Shown in pieces: positions 19,782 through 31,119 of a stretch of DNA of 64,000 bases. The first letter of the stretch is position 1. The number at the start of each line of letters is the position of its first letter. The position numbers and the translations under genes are program-made. A model generated the notes under the pieces. The model saw nothing but the letters and a program-made list of their open reading frames with translations, ran no database searches and was not told the origin of the DNA. Origin of the DNA: Spirochaetota bacterium (GTDB taxonomy: Bacteria; Spirochaetota; GWE2-31-10); NCBI GenBank assembly GCA_045133795.1, contig JBGUUT010000108.1, positions 2,499-66,498 of the forward strand, read 5' to 3'.

Positions 19782-20609
19782 GTGAAAGAATATTTTTATC
19801 TGATATCAAGCCTTCCAGATTTGGAGCTTGATTCACAGAAAAAACTTCCTTCATTGACCGAGTTTCTTGATTTTTGTGAAAGTCAGTTATCGGAAAAGGA
19901 ATTTAAGGAATTAAAAAAGGTATTTATTTTTAATGATATTTTAAATGCCGTAAAAAATAGTTCCGGTAATTCTACCCCTTATCTTTATCCTGCATTTTAT
20001 ACAAAAGAAGAGTTTGATGAAAATCTAAAAGATCCGGATGATTTTTTCCCTTTTCTATCGACTTATTTTAATAATAAAAAATCAGGTAAAAGAAATTTTC
20101 CTGATTTACAGGAAACAGATGAGGTTTTTGCCCTTTTCTTCGAAAATCTTGAATCATTAAGTAAAAATCGCTTTATAACAGATTATTTTCGTTTTGAACT
20201 GGATTTAAGAAATACGTTAACTTTTTTGAATATGAAAAAAAGTAATATGGATTTTAAAGATTTTCTGGTTCCTTTCGGAGATTCTTATGAACGATTGTCT
20301 AAGACAATGAATGTAGAAAATTCATTGCCGGATATAGAAGTGATTGTAGAATCGGTAAATGAAGGTGATATTATTGCGACAGAATTAACAGTGGATAATA
20401 TTCGCTGGAAATGGCTGGATAATGAAGTGGGAAATGACTATTTCTCATTAAAATTTATAATAGCATATGCAGTCAAACTTACATCAGTAGAAAGATGGCG
20501 TAAATTAACAGATATTTCCGGAAAAAATATGCTTGATAAACTGATTGATAAAATCAAGACAAGTATTGTTTTTTCGGATGAGTTTTTAAAATCTGGAGGT
20601 AAAAAATAA
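19782..20609 (+). CDS. V-ATPase-associated protein of unknown function (occupies the slot between E and A, as in spirochete/chlamydial V-ATPase operons; possible C/d-like subunit)
   Basis: 275 aa, GTG start 3 nt after atpE stop. Stop overlaps atpA start (taATG). No motif recognised; assignment by conserved operon position. Confidence 0.45.
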   Translation: MKEYFYLISSLPDLELDSQKKLPSLTEFLDFCESQLSEKEFKELKKVFIFNDILNAVKNSSGNSTPYLYPAFYTKEEFDENLKDPDDFFPFLSTYFNNKKSGKRNFPDLQETDEVFALFFENLESLSKNRFITDYFRFELDLRNTLTFLNMKKSNMDFKDFLVPFGDSYERLSKTMNVENSLPDIEVIVESVNEGDIIATELTVDNIRWKWLDNEVGNDYFSLKFIIAYAVKLTSVERWRKLTDISGKNMLDKLIDKIKTSIVFSDEFLKSGGKK

Positions 20610-22363
20610 TGACTAAAGGTAAAGTAACGGGAGTCGTTGGTAACCTGGTTACTGTAGAAGTAAACGGACCTGTAGGACAAAATGAAATTTGTTACATCCT
20701 GCTAGGTGAAACTAAATTAATGGCAGAAGTTATTAAAATTATTGGAAATATTGCTTATGCTCAGGTATACGAAAGTACTCGTGGATTAAAGGTTGGTACT
20801 GAAGTAGAATTTACTGGTCATATGCTGGAAGTAGAACTAGGACCGGGTTTGCTTTCAAAAAACTTTGATGGTTTGGAAAGTGATTTGGATAAAAAAGAAG
20901 GTGTATTCTTGAAAAGAGGAGAATATACCGATCCTTTGGATAAGGATAAAAAATTTGCGTTTACACCGATTGCAAAAGTTGGTGATACTGTAAAAGCTTC
21001 AGATTGGCTTGGTAGTGTAAAAGAAGGTTGGGTTGACCATAAAATTATGGTTCCTTTTAAATTGGAAGGAAAATATACGGTTAAATCTCTTGTAGCAGCC
21101 GGAGAGTATGGTATTTATGATACTATCGCTGTTCTTGCAGATGAAAAAGGTAATGAAGAAAAAGTTACTATGACTCAAAAATGGCCGGTAAAAAAAGCTA
21201 TCAGAAATTACAAAGAAAAACCACGTCCGTCAAAAATAATGGAAACAGGTGTTCGTGTAATTGATATTTTTAACCCAATGGCTGAAGGTGGAACAGGTTT
21301 TATTCCGGGACCGTTCGGTTGTGGTAAAACAGTTTTGCAGCATGCAATTTCAAAAAATGCCGAAGCTGATATAATTATTTTTGCTGCTTGTGGAGAGCGT
21401 GCGAATGAGGTTGTAGAAATCTTTACAGAGTTCCCAGAGTTGGTTGACCCTAGAACTGGCAGAAAATTGATGGAAAGAACATTGATAATTTGTAATACAT
21501 CAAACATGCCGGTTGCAGCTCGTGAAGCTTCTGTTTATACGGCAATGACAATCGGTGAATATTACCGCCAGATGGGATTGAAAGTTTTATTACTTGCCGA
21601 TTCAACATCTCGTTGGGCACAGGCATTGCGTGAAATGTCTAACCGTTTGGAAGAGTTGCCGGGACAGGATGCGTTCCCTATGGACTTAACAGCGATTATT
21701 TCGTCTTTCTATTCTCGTGCCGGAATGGTTTACTTGAATAACGGAAATACGGGTTCTGTAACTTTTATCGGAACTGTATCTCCTGCCGGTGGTAACTTAA
21801 AAGAACCGGTAACAGAATCTACAAAAAAAGCAGCACGTTGTTTCTATGCGTTACAACAGGCACGTGCGGATTCTAAACGTTATCCGGCCGTAGACCCTAT
21901 TGATTCATATTCAAAATATTTGGAATATCCTGAAATGCAAGAGTATTTTAAATCAAACATTTCTGAAAACTGGGTAGACTTAGTTTTGGATGCAAAGAAC
22001 TGGGTATTAAGAGGAAAAGAAACAAAAGATCAGATTGATATCTTAGGTGATGACGGAGTTCCTGTTGATTATCATATTGTTTTCTGGAAAGCAGAGTTAA
22101 TTGACTTTATTTTAATGCAACAAGATGCTTTTGATTCTATTGATTCTATTACACCGTTGAAGCGTCAAAAATATATGCTTGAATTAGTAATGGACGTATG
22201 TAGTTCAGATTTCAAATTTGAAGCATTTGAGGAAGTTGCCCCTTATTTTAAAGAGTTGATAAATACTTTCAAACAAATGAACTATTCAGAATTCCCTTCT
22301 GATAACTTTGATAAATACGAAAAACAGATTAGAGAATTTGTAGATAGTAGGAGGGCAAAATAA
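20609..22363 (+). CDS. atpA: V-type ATP synthase catalytic subunit A
   Basis: 584 aa. Walker A GPFGCGKTVLQ, non-homologous insertion region and AtpA C-terminal domain. Confidence 0.95.
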   Translation: MTKGKVTGVVGNLVTVEVNGPVGQNEICYILLGETKLMAEVIKIIGNIAYAQVYESTRGLKVGTEVEFTGHMLEVELGPGLLSKNFDGLESDLDKKEGVFLKRGEYTDPLDKDKKFAFTPIAKVGDTVKASDWLGSVKEGWVDHKIMVPFKLEGKYTVKSLVAAGEYGIYDTIAVLADEKGNEEKVTMTQKWPVKKAIRNYKEKPRPSKIMETGVRVIDIFNPMAEGGTGFIPGPFGCGKTVLQHAISKNAEADIIIFAACGERANEVVEIFTEFPELVDPRTGRKLMERTLIICNTSNMPVAAREASVYTAMTIGEYYRQMGLKVLLLADSTSRWAQALREMSNRLEELPGQDAFPMDLTAIISSFYSRAGMVYLNNGNTGSVTFIGTVSPAGGNLKEPVTESTKKAARCFYALQQARADSKRYPAVDPIDSYSKYLEYPEMQEYFKSNISENWVDLVLDAKNWVLRGKETKDQIDILGDDGVPVDYHIVFWKAELIDFILMQQDAFDSIDSITPLKRQKYMLELVMDVCSSDFKFEAFEEVAPYFKELINTFKQMNYSEFPSDNFDKYEKQIREFVDSRRAK

Positions 22364-23685
22364 TGGAAGGAAAAGCATTCCAGAAAATTTATACAAAGAT
22401 TAATAAAATAACAAAAGCTACTTGTACATTAACTGCCGAAGGTATTGGTAATGACGAAATGGCTTATGTTGACGGTAAACCGGCTCAGGTTGTAAAACTG
22501 GAAGGAAATGAAGTAACATTACAGGTATTTCAAGGAACTGAAGGTATTGCAACTAATGCAGAAGTTGTATTTACAGGAAAACCGCCAGTATTAAAAGTAT
22601 CTGAAGAATTAGCAGGAAGATTTTTTAATGCTTACGGTGACCCAATAGACGGTGGTCCAGCTATCGACGGAGAAGAAAGAGAAATCGGTGGTCCGTCTGT
22701 AAATCCGGTAAGAAGAAAGCAACCGTCTGAGTTGATTAAAACAGGTATTGCCGGTATCGATATGAACAATACACTTGTAACTGGTCAGAAGATTCCGTTT
22801 TTTGCCGATCCGGATCAGCCGTATAACCAAGTTATGGCAAATGTAGCATTGCGTGCTGAAGCTGATAAAATCATTCTTGGTGGAATGGGGCTTTCAAATG
22901 ATGACTACTTGTACTTTAAACAATTGTTTGATAATGCAGGTGCATTGGATAAAATTATTTCATTTATCAATACAACAGATGACCCTTCTGTAGAACGTTT
23001 GCTTGTTCCTGATATGGCATTAACTGCTGCAGAGTATTTTGCTGTAGATAAAAATGAAAAAGTTCTTGTTTTACTTACAGATATGACATTGTATGCGGAT
23101 GCTTTGGCGATTGTATCTAATAAGATGGATCAGATTCCTTCTAAAGATTCAATGCCGGGTTCTTTGTATTCTGATTTGGCAAAGATTTATGAAAAAGCGG
23201 TTCAATTCCCTGCTGGTGGTTCTATAACTATTATTGCGGTAACAACACTTAACGGTGGAGATATTACTCATGCCGTACCGGATAATACCGGATATATTAC
23301 AGAAGGTCAGTTGTTCTTAAGAAAAGATACTGATGTTAATAAAGTAATTATTGACCCATTCAGATCTCTTTCTCGATTGAAACAGCTTGTTATCGGTAAA
23401 AAGACAAGAGAAGATCATCCTCAAGTAATGAATACGGCTGTACGTTTGTATAATGATGCATCTAATGCAAAAACAAAACGTGATAACGGATTCGATTTAA
23501 GTGATTATGATGAACGATGTATTAAGTTTGCATCTGATTACTCAGTTAAATTACTTGCGATAGACGTAAATATTGACGTTGACGAAATGCTTGATACTAC
23601 ATGGGATTTATTTGGTAAATATTTCAAACCTACAGAAGTTAGTATCAAACAGAACTTGATGGATAAATATTGGAAAGGCAATTAG
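22363..23685 (+). CDS. atpB: V-type ATP synthase subunit B
   Basis: 440 aa non-catalytic nucleotide-binding subunit (..SLSRLKQL.. region). Start overlaps atpA stop. Confidence 0.95.
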   Translation: MEGKAFQKIYTKINKITKATCTLTAEGIGNDEMAYVDGKPAQVVKLEGNEVTLQVFQGTEGIATNAEVVFTGKPPVLKVSEELAGRFFNAYGDPIDGGPAIDGEEREIGGPSVNPVRRKQPSELIKTGIAGIDMNNTLVTGQKIPFFADPDQPYNQVMANVALRAEADKIILGGMGLSNDDYLYFKQLFDNAGALDKIISFINTTDDPSVERLLVPDMALTAAEYFAVDKNEKVLVLLTDMTLYADALAIVSNKMDQIPSKDSMPGSLYSDLAKIYEKAVQFPAGGSITIIAVTTLNGGDITHAVPDNTGYITEGQLFLRKDTDVNKVIIDPFRSLSRLKQLVIGKKTREDHPQVMNTAVRLYNDASNAKTKRDNGFDLSDYDERCIKFASDYSVKLLAIDVNIDVDEMLDTTWDLFGKYFKPTEVSIKQNLMDKYWKGN

Positions 23686-23733
23686 TTTTCAGAAATATGT
23701 TGAATGAGTTTCAGCATATAAGGAGATCTTTTA

Positions 23734-24336
23734 ATGGCGATTAAATACCAATTTAATAAGATTTCAATGCAGAGTTTGAATAAACAATTGAAGATAAGAC
23801 AAAATGCCTTGCCTACAATAAAAAGCAAAGAGTCTGCATTGAGACTTACAGTAAAGAAACAGAAAGAAACGCTTCGTGATTTAACTGAATCTTATCAAGA
23901 AAAAATGGAAAGTTTGATGGGATTGATGAGATTGTGGGGGGAGTTTCCGGAAGAGATTTTCAGCCTGAAAGAAGTAATTCTCAATGTTGTAAAAATTGCC
24001 GGTGTAAAAACTCCGGAATTAAAACAAATTAATTATGAGGTTGCTAATTTTTCTCGATTTTCAAGTCCGATTTGGTTAAACGGTGGAATTGTAATTTTAA
24101 AACAAATTACAGAAATTATTTGCCAGATGGAAATTGCCGAGAAAAAGTTAGGAATTTTGGAATATGCCAGAAAGAAAACTACTCAAAAAGTTAATCTTTA
24201 TGAAAAAGTGCAGATTCCTGAATTTTCAGAAGCAATTCGAAAAATTAAGAGATACTTGGAAGACGTTGATAATCTAGAAAAAGCCAGCCAGAAAATAACA
24301 AAACAAAGGCAGGCAACAATGGTAAAGGAGGGATAA
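23734..24336 (+). CDS. atpD: V-type ATP synthase subunit D
   Basis: 200 aa coiled-coil protein. Conserved V-D N-terminus MAIKYQFNKISMQSLNKQLK. Confidence 0.85.
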   Translation: MAIKYQFNKISMQSLNKQLKIRQNALPTIKSKESALRLTVKKQKETLRDLTESYQEKMESLMGLMRLWGEFPEEIFSLKEVILNVVKIAGVKTPELKQINYEVANFSRFSSPIWLNGGIVILKQITEIICQMEIAEKKLGILEYARKKTTQKVNLYEKVQIPEFSEAIRKIKRYLEDVDNLEKASQKITKQRQATMVKEG

Positions 24337-24340
24337 AAGC

Positions 24341-26263
24341 ATGATCGAAAAAATGAAAAAAACAACATTGCTTATTTATCATTCCTCTAAAGATAAGTTT
24401 TTGAGTGAACTTCAATCTCTTGGTATGATGCACCTTGAAACAAATAACAGTGTGCAATCAGAAGAGTTATCTGTAACAAAGGATAAAATTATAAGATTAT
24501 CTAAAGCAAAAAAAGTTTTGGAATCTTATAAAAAAGAAGGTGTTATTGCAGCTAAAGAAGTAAATGGCGAAGTTGAAGATTTATTGTGTGAGTTTGAAGA
24601 AAAAAAAGGTGAATTAGATATCCTTTTAAATGAATGCGAAAATCTAAAAAAAGAATTTGCAACTGTAGTACCTTTCGGAAACTTTAGCAGAGAGATTCTA
24701 AAAGAGTTGGAAGCTAATAAAGTAAATATGAAAGTTTATTGTGCTTCTAAAAAGAACTTTGCAAAGATTTCAGCAGATGTTGTTTGCAGTGAAATATATA
24801 GTGAAGGTTCAGAAGTTTATTTTGCAGTATTTTATAAAGATGATGATGAATTATCGGATATTCAGGGAACTGAATGTAAAATACCTGACCGTAATTTGAC
24901 AGAGGTAAAACAACGAGCCGAAAAAGTAAATCTGTCTATAAAAGAGATAGAAGAATCTTTGAAAAATATGGTAGTGATTTTGCCTTTACTTGAAAAAGAA
25001 ATGGCAAAACAAGAAGATTTACTTCATTATCAAGTTGCGTCAGAAAGTTTATCAGCAGAAGTTGAAGGTAAAATACTTGCAATTACTGGTTTTTTCCAGG
25101 CAAAACAAGAGGAAAAAATAAGAGCATTTCTTGATAAAGAAGATGTAGCTTATTTTATTGAAGAACCGACAGCGGAAGATGTAACTCCGGTAAAATTGAA
25201 AAACGGAAAGCTTGCAAGTTTATTTGAACCGGTAGGAAATTTATTTAGTTTACCGGATTATTTCGAACTTGATGTTGTACCGTTTTTTGCTCCGTTTTTT
25301 GCATTTTTCTTTGGTATTTGTTTAGGCGATTTAGGTTACGGTTTGATAATTGTATTACTTTGTCTTTTTGCCTTGTTAAAAGTAAAAAACAAAAGTGTAA
25401 GAAATATTGTGAAACTGGGCTTGATACTCGGTATATGTACCGGTGTAGCCGGATTTATGTTGAATGGATTTTTCGGAACAAATATCATAAAAGCCGACGG
25501 TTCAGCAGGAATGCCGTTTTTTGAAGCTGTAAAAGATTATGTAACTTTCGGTAATCCGCAAGACAGAACAGGTCCAATGGTGTTTGCGATATTGTTAGGT
25601 ATGATGCAATTATTGTTAGGTTATATTCTAAATGCGTACAGTCGCTGTAAAAGTGACGGATGGCAAGGTTTATTTCAGCCGATAGGAACAATTTTAATCA
25701 TGATAGGTGCAGTTGTTCTTGTAATGGTATGGATGTACAAACCGACAGAAGCTAATCCGTTTGAGGCGTTTGCTGTAGGTCCTATTCCGTTGGGTAAATG
25801 GTTGATGGCTGTAGGCGGCGGAACTTTGGCAGGACTTGTAAAACTTATGGTGATTCTTGTTGCTGTGGGTGTTGCATTAGTTTTACTGTTTAATAATATT
25901 CAAAAAAGCATTTTTATTCGTCCTGTAGCAGGATTGTGGGAAATGTATAATATCGTAACCGGTTTATTAAGTGACTTGCTTTCATACATACGTTTGTTTG
26001 CATTGGGACTTGCCGGAGGACTTTTAGGCTCTGCATTTAATGACATTGCATTAATGTTAAAAGATGTATTTCCGGGTGGAATTGTATTGACGATATTAAT
26101 TATGATTATCGGTCATACATTAAACTTTTTGTTGAATGCGATTGGTTCGTTTGTACATCCGTTGCGTTTGACATTTGTAGAATTTTATAAAGCCGTTGGC
26201 TTTAATGGGGGCGGAAAACCGTTTATCCCTTTTAGTAATAAAGCATCAAAAAATAATAATTAA
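24341..26263 (+). CDS. atpI: V-type ATP synthase subunit I (a subunit)
   Basis: 640 aa. Hydrophilic N-terminal half followed by multiple TM helices including the conserved Arg-containing helix (..YIRLFALGLAGG..). Confidence 0.9.
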   Translation: MIEKMKKTTLLIYHSSKDKFLSELQSLGMMHLETNNSVQSEELSVTKDKIIRLSKAKKVLESYKKEGVIAAKEVNGEVEDLLCEFEEKKGELDILLNECENLKKEFATVVPFGNFSREILKELEANKVNMKVYCASKKNFAKISADVVCSEIYSEGSEVYFAVFYKDDDELSDIQGTECKIPDRNLTEVKQRAEKVNLSIKEIEESLKNMVVILPLLEKEMAKQEDLLHYQVASESLSAEVEGKILAITGFFQAKQEEKIRAFLDKEDVAYFIEEPTAEDVTPVKLKNGKLASLFEPVGNLFSLPDYFELDVVPFFAPFFAFFFGICLGDLGYGLIIVLLCLFALLKVKNKSVRNIVKLGLILGICTGVAGFMLNGFFGTNIIKADGSAGMPFFEAVKDYVTFGNPQDRTGPMVFAILLGMMQLLLGYILNAYSRCKSDGWQGLFQPIGTILIMIGAVVLVMVWMYKPTEANPFEAFAVGPIPLGKWLMAVGGGTLAGLVKLMVILVAVGVALVLLFNNIQKSIFIRPVAGLWEMYNIVTGLLSDLLSYIRLFALGLAGGLLGSAFNDIALMLKDVFPGGIVLTILIMIIGHTLNFLLNAIGSFVHPLRLTFVEFYKAVGFNGGGKPFIPFSNKASKNNN

Positions 26264-26287
26264 CTTTTAATAAGGAAGGAGTTTATA

Positions 26288-26740
26288 ATGACATTAGGAT
26301 TTGTTTTAGCAGGAATTGGTTTAGCATTGATGGTTGGTTTGGCAGGTTGTGGATCTGCATTCGGTACAAGTTCTGCAGGTAGTGCAGCTGTAGGTTCTTT
26401 AAAGAAAAAACCTGAAGGTTTTGGTTCTTACATGGTATTGGCTGCTCTTCCGGCAACACAGGGTTTGTATGGATTTGTAAGTTACATTATCTGGTCTGGT
26501 TCTGTTAATATGGAAATGAGCGTTTTAGCAGGTTCATTATGTTTAGCTTCAGGTATTGCTGTTGGTTTGGTAGGTTTAGTATCTGCTATGTATCAGGCAA
26601 AAGTTTGTGCTTCAGGTATTAATGCAATCGGTTCTGGTCACAACGTATTTGGTAACACAATGATTTTCGCTGCGTTCCCTGAGTTCTATGCGATTCTTGC
26701 ATTGGTAGCTAGTATTTTGATGAATGGTGTAGCTGCGTAA
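26288..26740 (+). CDS. atpK: V-type ATP synthase subunit K (proteolipid c)
   Basis: 150 aa, four TM helices, Gly/Ala-rich, conserved carboxylate helix (..AAFPEFYAILALV..). Confidence 0.85.
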   Translation: MTLGFVLAGIGLALMVGLAGCGSAFGTSSAGSAAVGSLKKKPEGFGSYMVLAALPATQGLYGFVSYIIWSGSVNMEMSVLAGSLCLASGIAVGLVGLVSAMYQAKVCASGINAIGSGHNVFGNTMIFAAFPEFYAILALVASILMNGVAA

Positions 26741-26758
26741 TAAATAAAAATATAAAAA

Positions 26759-26790
26759 AGAGCCTCGGAAATATTTCCGGGGTTTTTTTT
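26759..26790 (+). terminator. Rho-independent terminator after the V-ATPase operon
   Basis: cctcggaaat/atttccgggg hairpin followed by T8. Confidence 0.75.
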
Positions 26791-26847
26791 ATGCAATAAT
26801 CATAATATGAGAAGCGAAATGTTTTTTTTAAAAATAAGGAGCATGTA

Positions 26848-28845
26848 ATGAAGCCGTTGAAAGTTGTAAGTGATTTTGCACCGGGCGGAGATCAGCCTCA
26901 GGCAATAGAAAAATTGTCTTCTAATTTAAAATCGGGAATGAAGTTTCAAACTCTTTTGGGGGTAACAGGTTCAGGAAAAACTTATACAATGGCAAAAATA
27001 ATAGAACAGGTTCAAAAACCTACACTTATTTTAGCTCATAATAAAACATTGGCTGCACAGTTATATAGAGAGTTTAAGGATTTTTTTCCGGATAATGCGG
27101 TAAAATATTTTGTTTCGTATTATGATTATTATCAACCGGAGGCTTATATTGCCTCACGCGACCTTTACATTGAAAAAGATGCAAGCATTAATGATGAAAT
27201 AGAAATGATGCGACTTGATGCTACAAGTGCATTGATGGATAGACGAGATGTAATAATTGTAGCAACGGTAAGTTGTATTTATGGATTGGGAAATCCGGAT
27301 GATTATAAGGATTTAAGTATAAGATTAAAGGTTGGTGATGAAATCGAACGCAAGGAATTATTTTTGCGTTTGGTAGAAATCCAATATTCCAGAGAAGATG
27401 AAGTTTTTGAACGTGCAAAGTTTAGAGTTCGCGGAGATGTGATTGATATTTTTCCGGCATATTCAAAAAACGGAGTAAGATTGGAATTTTGGGGTGATGA
27501 AATTGACCGAATTACAAGATTTGATGTAATGAATAATAAAGAGTTGGAGGAAATAAAAGAAGTTACCATATTCCCCGCAAAACATTTTGTAACCAGCAAA
27601 GAAGCATTAAATGCCATAATTCCACAGATAAAAAATGAAATGGAAGAACGCTGTGAATGGTTTAAGTCACAAGACAGAATGTTGGAAGCACAGCGATTAC
27701 GTTCAAAAACAGAGTATGATTTGGATATGCTTTCGGAAATAGGATATTGCAAAGGAATAGAAAATTATTCGAGGTATTTTGCTCATCGTGGAGCCGGAGA
27801 ACGTCCTTCTACGTTAATAGACTTTTTTCCTGAAGATTTTTTAATATTTATAGATGAAGCTCATGTATCTGTTCCGCAAATCGGCGGAATGTCTAATGGT
27901 GATAAAGCAAGAAAAGAAGCTTTAATTGAATATGGATTTCGCCTACCCTCTGCACTTGATAACCGACCGTTGTATTACAGAGAATTTGAATCACTTATAC
28001 ATCAATGTGTTTTTGTTTCGGCTACACCTCGTGATGAAGAAAAAAAGATTTCCGGTGCGATAGTAGAACAGATTATTCGCCCGACAGGTTTGGTAGATCC
28101 GGAAATATTTGTTCGTCCTACAAAATTTCAAATAGACGACATAATAAATGAAATAAAAATAACAGTAGAAAAAAATGAACGTGTATTGATAACGACTTTA
28201 ACTAAAAAAATGGCTGAAGATTTGACGGAATATTTGGCTAATAATGGGATAAAAGTGCGTTATTTACATTCAGAAATAGAAACTATCGAACGTGTAGAAA
28301 TTATAAAAGGACTCAGAGCAGGAGAGTTTGATGTATTAATTGGAATAAACTTATTGCGAGAAGGACTTGATATGCCGGAAGTTTCACTTGTAGCGATAAT
28401 GGATGCAGATAAAATTGGTTTTTTACGTTCGGCAACATCATTGATTCAAACTATAGGTCGTGCTGCCAGGAATGCCGGCGGACGTGTAATAATGTATGCA
28501 GACAGGGAATCAGATGCGATGAAAGAAGCTATAGCTGAAACAGAACGTCGTCGTGAAATCCAGATTGAATACAATAAACAAAACGGAATAGTGCCGAAAA
28601 CTATTCGTAAAAAAATAGAAGATATTTTAACACGTCAAAAAGATTTGGAAATCCAAGAAGAAAAAAATCAACTGAAAGAAATACAAAAGAAGTTTAACTT
28701 GTTGGAACCGACAGCACGCAAAAATTATTTGAAAAAGTTAAAAGCAGAAATGATTGAATGTGCAAAAAATCTGGAGTTTGAAAAAGCTGCAATGTTACGT
28801 GATGAAATTGAAAAGTGTAAAACGGAATGGAATATGACAAAATAA
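26848..28845 (+). CDS. uvrB: Excinuclease ABC subunit B
   Basis: 665 aa. Helicase motif I GVTGSGKT, beta-hairpin region, C-terminal UVR domain (..[11 protein letters not shown]..). Confidence 0.95.
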   Translation: MKPLKVVSDFAPGGDQPQAIEKLSSNLKSGMKFQTLLGVTGSGKTYTMAKIIEQVQKPTLILAHNKTLAAQLYREFKDFFPDNAVKYFVSYYDYYQPEAYIASRDLYIEKDASINDEIEMMRLDATSALMDRRDVIIVATVSCIYGLGNPDDYKDLSIRLKVGDEIERKELFLRLVEIQYSREDEVFERAKFRVRGDVIDIFPAYSKNGVRLEFWGDEIDRITRFDVMNNKELEEIKEVTIFPAKHFVTSKEALNAIIPQIKNEMEERCEWFKSQDRMLEAQRLRSKTEYDLDMLSEIGYCKGIENYSRYFAHRGAGERPSTLIDFFPEDFLIFIDEAHVSVPQIGGMSNGDKARKEALIEYGFRLPSALDNRPLYYREFESLIHQCVFVSATPRDEEKKISGAIVEQIIRPTGLVDPEIFVRPTKFQIDDIINEIKITVEKNERVLITTLTKKMAEDLTEYLANNGIKVRYLHSEIETIERVEIIKGLRAGEFDVLIGINLLREGLDMPEVSLVAIMDADKIGFLRSATSLIQTIGRAARNAGGRVIMYADRESDAMKEAIAETERRREIQIEYNKQNGIVPKTIRKKIEDILTRQKDLEIQEEKNQLKEIQKKFNLLEPTARKNYLKKLKAEMIECAKNLEFEKAAMLRDEIEKCKTEWNMTK

Positions 28846-28945
28846 AATTAAGAGTTCGATTTTGAACACATGGGAAGCTTGATTTTTTTCATGTTAGCTA
28901 CTACAGTCTGTTCCATTAAGCTAAATCAGAAAGACAAATTGCAAA

Positions 28946-28985
28946 TAAAAAAGAGCGGATTTCTCCGCTCTAATTAATTATTTTT
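28946..28985. terminator. Bidirectional terminator between convergent uvrB and U32 peptidase genes
   Basis: agagcgga-tttc-tccgctct hairpin flanked by A-run and T-run. Confidence 0.65.
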
Positions 28986-31062
28986 TATCAGTTTTTGAAT
29001 CTTCCGGTTTATCGAAGTAAAAACCGTCTTTCCAATTGAATCGACAAGTTTGTTCCATGTGTCGGCTTTCGTTTACGTGTTGTAAAATTTCACGATATAA
29101 ACCTTTTGAAATTTTCATTCCGCTGAGGTCTACAAAGAATTTTCTGAAACCGCGTTTTTTCAAATCATTAACTTTGTCAGTTATAGAAAATGCTTTTTCC
29201 GGTAAAACGGTGATTTTTTCTTTTCCGTATTCTACTGAAAACTCGTAGCCGGTTTGTACATCTTTTAGGAATTTGTGGTGATAATGTTTATCCAAACGGC
29301 TGATAATTTGGAAAAGTTCCGGATAAGCAAAAACAGGAACAATTATATTTTGATTTTTTATATGTTCTTGTGTTTGATACAAATTACGTTTGTTATTTTC
29401 CAATGGAGAAACAAAATTACGAATATCTTGTTGTGATAAGAATGAGGCAGCAAACGAATTGAACACATACAAAAACGGTCCGGCAATTCGTTCTACGGGA
29501 TAACTACGCAATAAGTTTAACTGTCCGTAATTATTAACCATAAATTTGTTAAAACCACGTTCTACAAGTTTTTGAGCTGTAGTATTCCAGAAATTGCAAG
29601 CGTTTTGGTCGAAATACGGCTCCATGTAAATAATTACATCGTCCGGTTTAAATTGAGTTCTGGAAATCGTACTTAAAAACTCATCGATATTAGATTGTGT
29701 TACAGAAAAAACTAAATAGTCCGGTTTTTGTGTTTGTAACGGGTAAATATCCGCAGCTTTTTCGACTTTCACAAAAATACCGTCTTTTAATTTCAATTGT
29801 GATTTCGGCATATTAGGCGGTAAAGGTGTGACCGGTGTAATTCCGGGATGATGGCGATATTTTTCCAAATCAGAACCGATTATTTTTTCATAAGGTTTGT
29901 CGAAGTCTTGGCGTGAAACAAGGAAAACTCTGTCTCCTTCGTTTGGAAGTGGTTTTTCTTCCGTTATTCGAACAGTAACTTTTTTGTTTTCAGCGTCGAT
30001 TACTTTGTAAGTTTCACGAGAACTGTCGTTTTCGGCTTGTATACGTAAATGGTCACCCGGCTGTAAATCTGTATTTTTAGTGAGTGTAATTAAAGCATCT
30101 CCGGTTCCCGGTTTTACGGAAGAAATATTACCTAAAGATATTCCGGTTTGTCCGGATTTTTCCGGGCTTATAATGTCGGAATTTGCCCTGTTTATAAAAA
30201 GAAACTCAGTTTTGTTACGTGCAAAATCATTTTGTAAAATCTCTGCAGCTTTTGCGAATGCGGCTTCTTTGTCGTTAGGATATTCATCAATCATTGTTCT
30301 GTAAGCTCGTACTACGGAAGCGATGTATTGGTGAGATTTCATTCGCCCTTCGATTTTTAGACTGTTAATTCCGGCTTCTTCCAATTCAGGAATATGACCG
30401 ATTAACTGTAAGTCATTAAGTGAGAAATAGAACTTTTTATCAGATGGATTTGTAACATTTGCATACAATCGACGACAAGCTTGTGTACAACGTCCGCGAT
30501 TTGCAGATTTACCTCCGAAATAACTTGAAAAAAGACAAGCTCCCGATAAAGAAACACATAATGCTCCGTGACAGAAAACTTCCAATTGTGCAGAAGTATT
30601 TTGGCGGATTTCTTTAAGCTGTTGCAAATCAAGTTCACGTGAAAGAACTACACGCTTAAAGTTTTGACGAGACCAAAAATTAACACCTTCGGAAGATGAA
30701 ACATTCATTTGTGTAGAACAATGCAATCGTAAATCAGGGAAATAAGCATTTGCCATTGCAGCAACTCCCATATCCTGTACAATTAAACCGTCCGGTCCTA
30801 CAGCAGATAAATATTTCAGAAAATTATATAATCTTGAAGTCTCATGTTCTTCTATAACCGTGTTTAGCGTAACGTAAACTTTACGTTTCATTGCATGCAG
30901 ACGATCTACGGCACATTCAAACTGTCGATATGCAAAGTTTTTAGCACGAGCTCTTGCGTTAAAATCACGTAATCCTAAATAAACTGCGTCTGCGCCCTCA
31001 CCTATTGCAGCATCTAAAGCTTCAGGTGAACCGGCGGGTGCTAATAATTCAATTCGATTCAT
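28978..31062 (-). CDS. Peptidase U32 family protein, long form (collagenase-like / RlhA-type)
   Basis: N-terminal MNRIELLAPAGSPEALDAAIGEGADAVYLG typical of U32. Cys cluster CTQAC; 694 aa with C-terminal extension. Confidence 0.85.
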   Translation of the reverse strand: MNRIELLAPAGSPEALDAAIGEGADAVYLGLRDFNARARAKNFAYRQFECAVDRLHAMKRKVYVTLNTVIEEHETSRLYNFLKYLSAVGPDGLIVQDMGVAAMANAYFPDLRLHCSTQMNVSSSEGVNFWSRQNFKRVVLSRELDLQQLKEIRQNTSAQLEVFCHGALCVSLSGACLFSSYFGGKSANRGRCTQACRRLYANVTNPSDKKFYFSLNDLQLIGHIPELEEAGINSLKIEGRMKSHQYIASVVRAYRTMIDEYPNDKEAAFAKAAEILQNDFARNKTEFLFINRANSDIISPEKSGQTGISLGNISSVKPGTGDALITLTKNTDLQPGDHLRIQAENDSSRETYKVIDAENKKVTVRITEEKPLPNEGDRVFLVSRQDFDKPYEKIIGSDLEKYRHHPGITPVTPLPPNMPKSQLKLKDGIFVKVEKAADIYPLQTQKPDYLVFSVTQSNIDEFLSTISRTQFKPDDVIIYMEPYFDQNACNFWNTTAQKLVERGFNKFMVNNYGQLNLLRSYPVERIAGPFLYVFNSFAASFLSQQDIRNFVSPLENNKRNLYQTQEHIKNQNIIVPVFAYPELFQIISRLDKHYHHKFLKDVQTGYEFSVEYGKEKITVLPEKAFSITDKVNDLKKRGFRKFFVDLSGMKISKGLYREILQHVNESRHMEQTCRFNWKDGFYFDKPEDSKTDKK

Positions 31063-31119
31063 TATAGACCTTCCTTTTTTTAAAAAATAAAATAGAGAAT
31101 CTACCTTAATAATAAGTAA

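Noticed and set aside
21605-21630. Sigma-54-like -24/-12 element TGGGCAC-aggca-TTGCG with correct GG-N10-GC spacing
   Set aside because: Lies in the middle of the atpA coding sequence with no downstream gene start; most likely chance.
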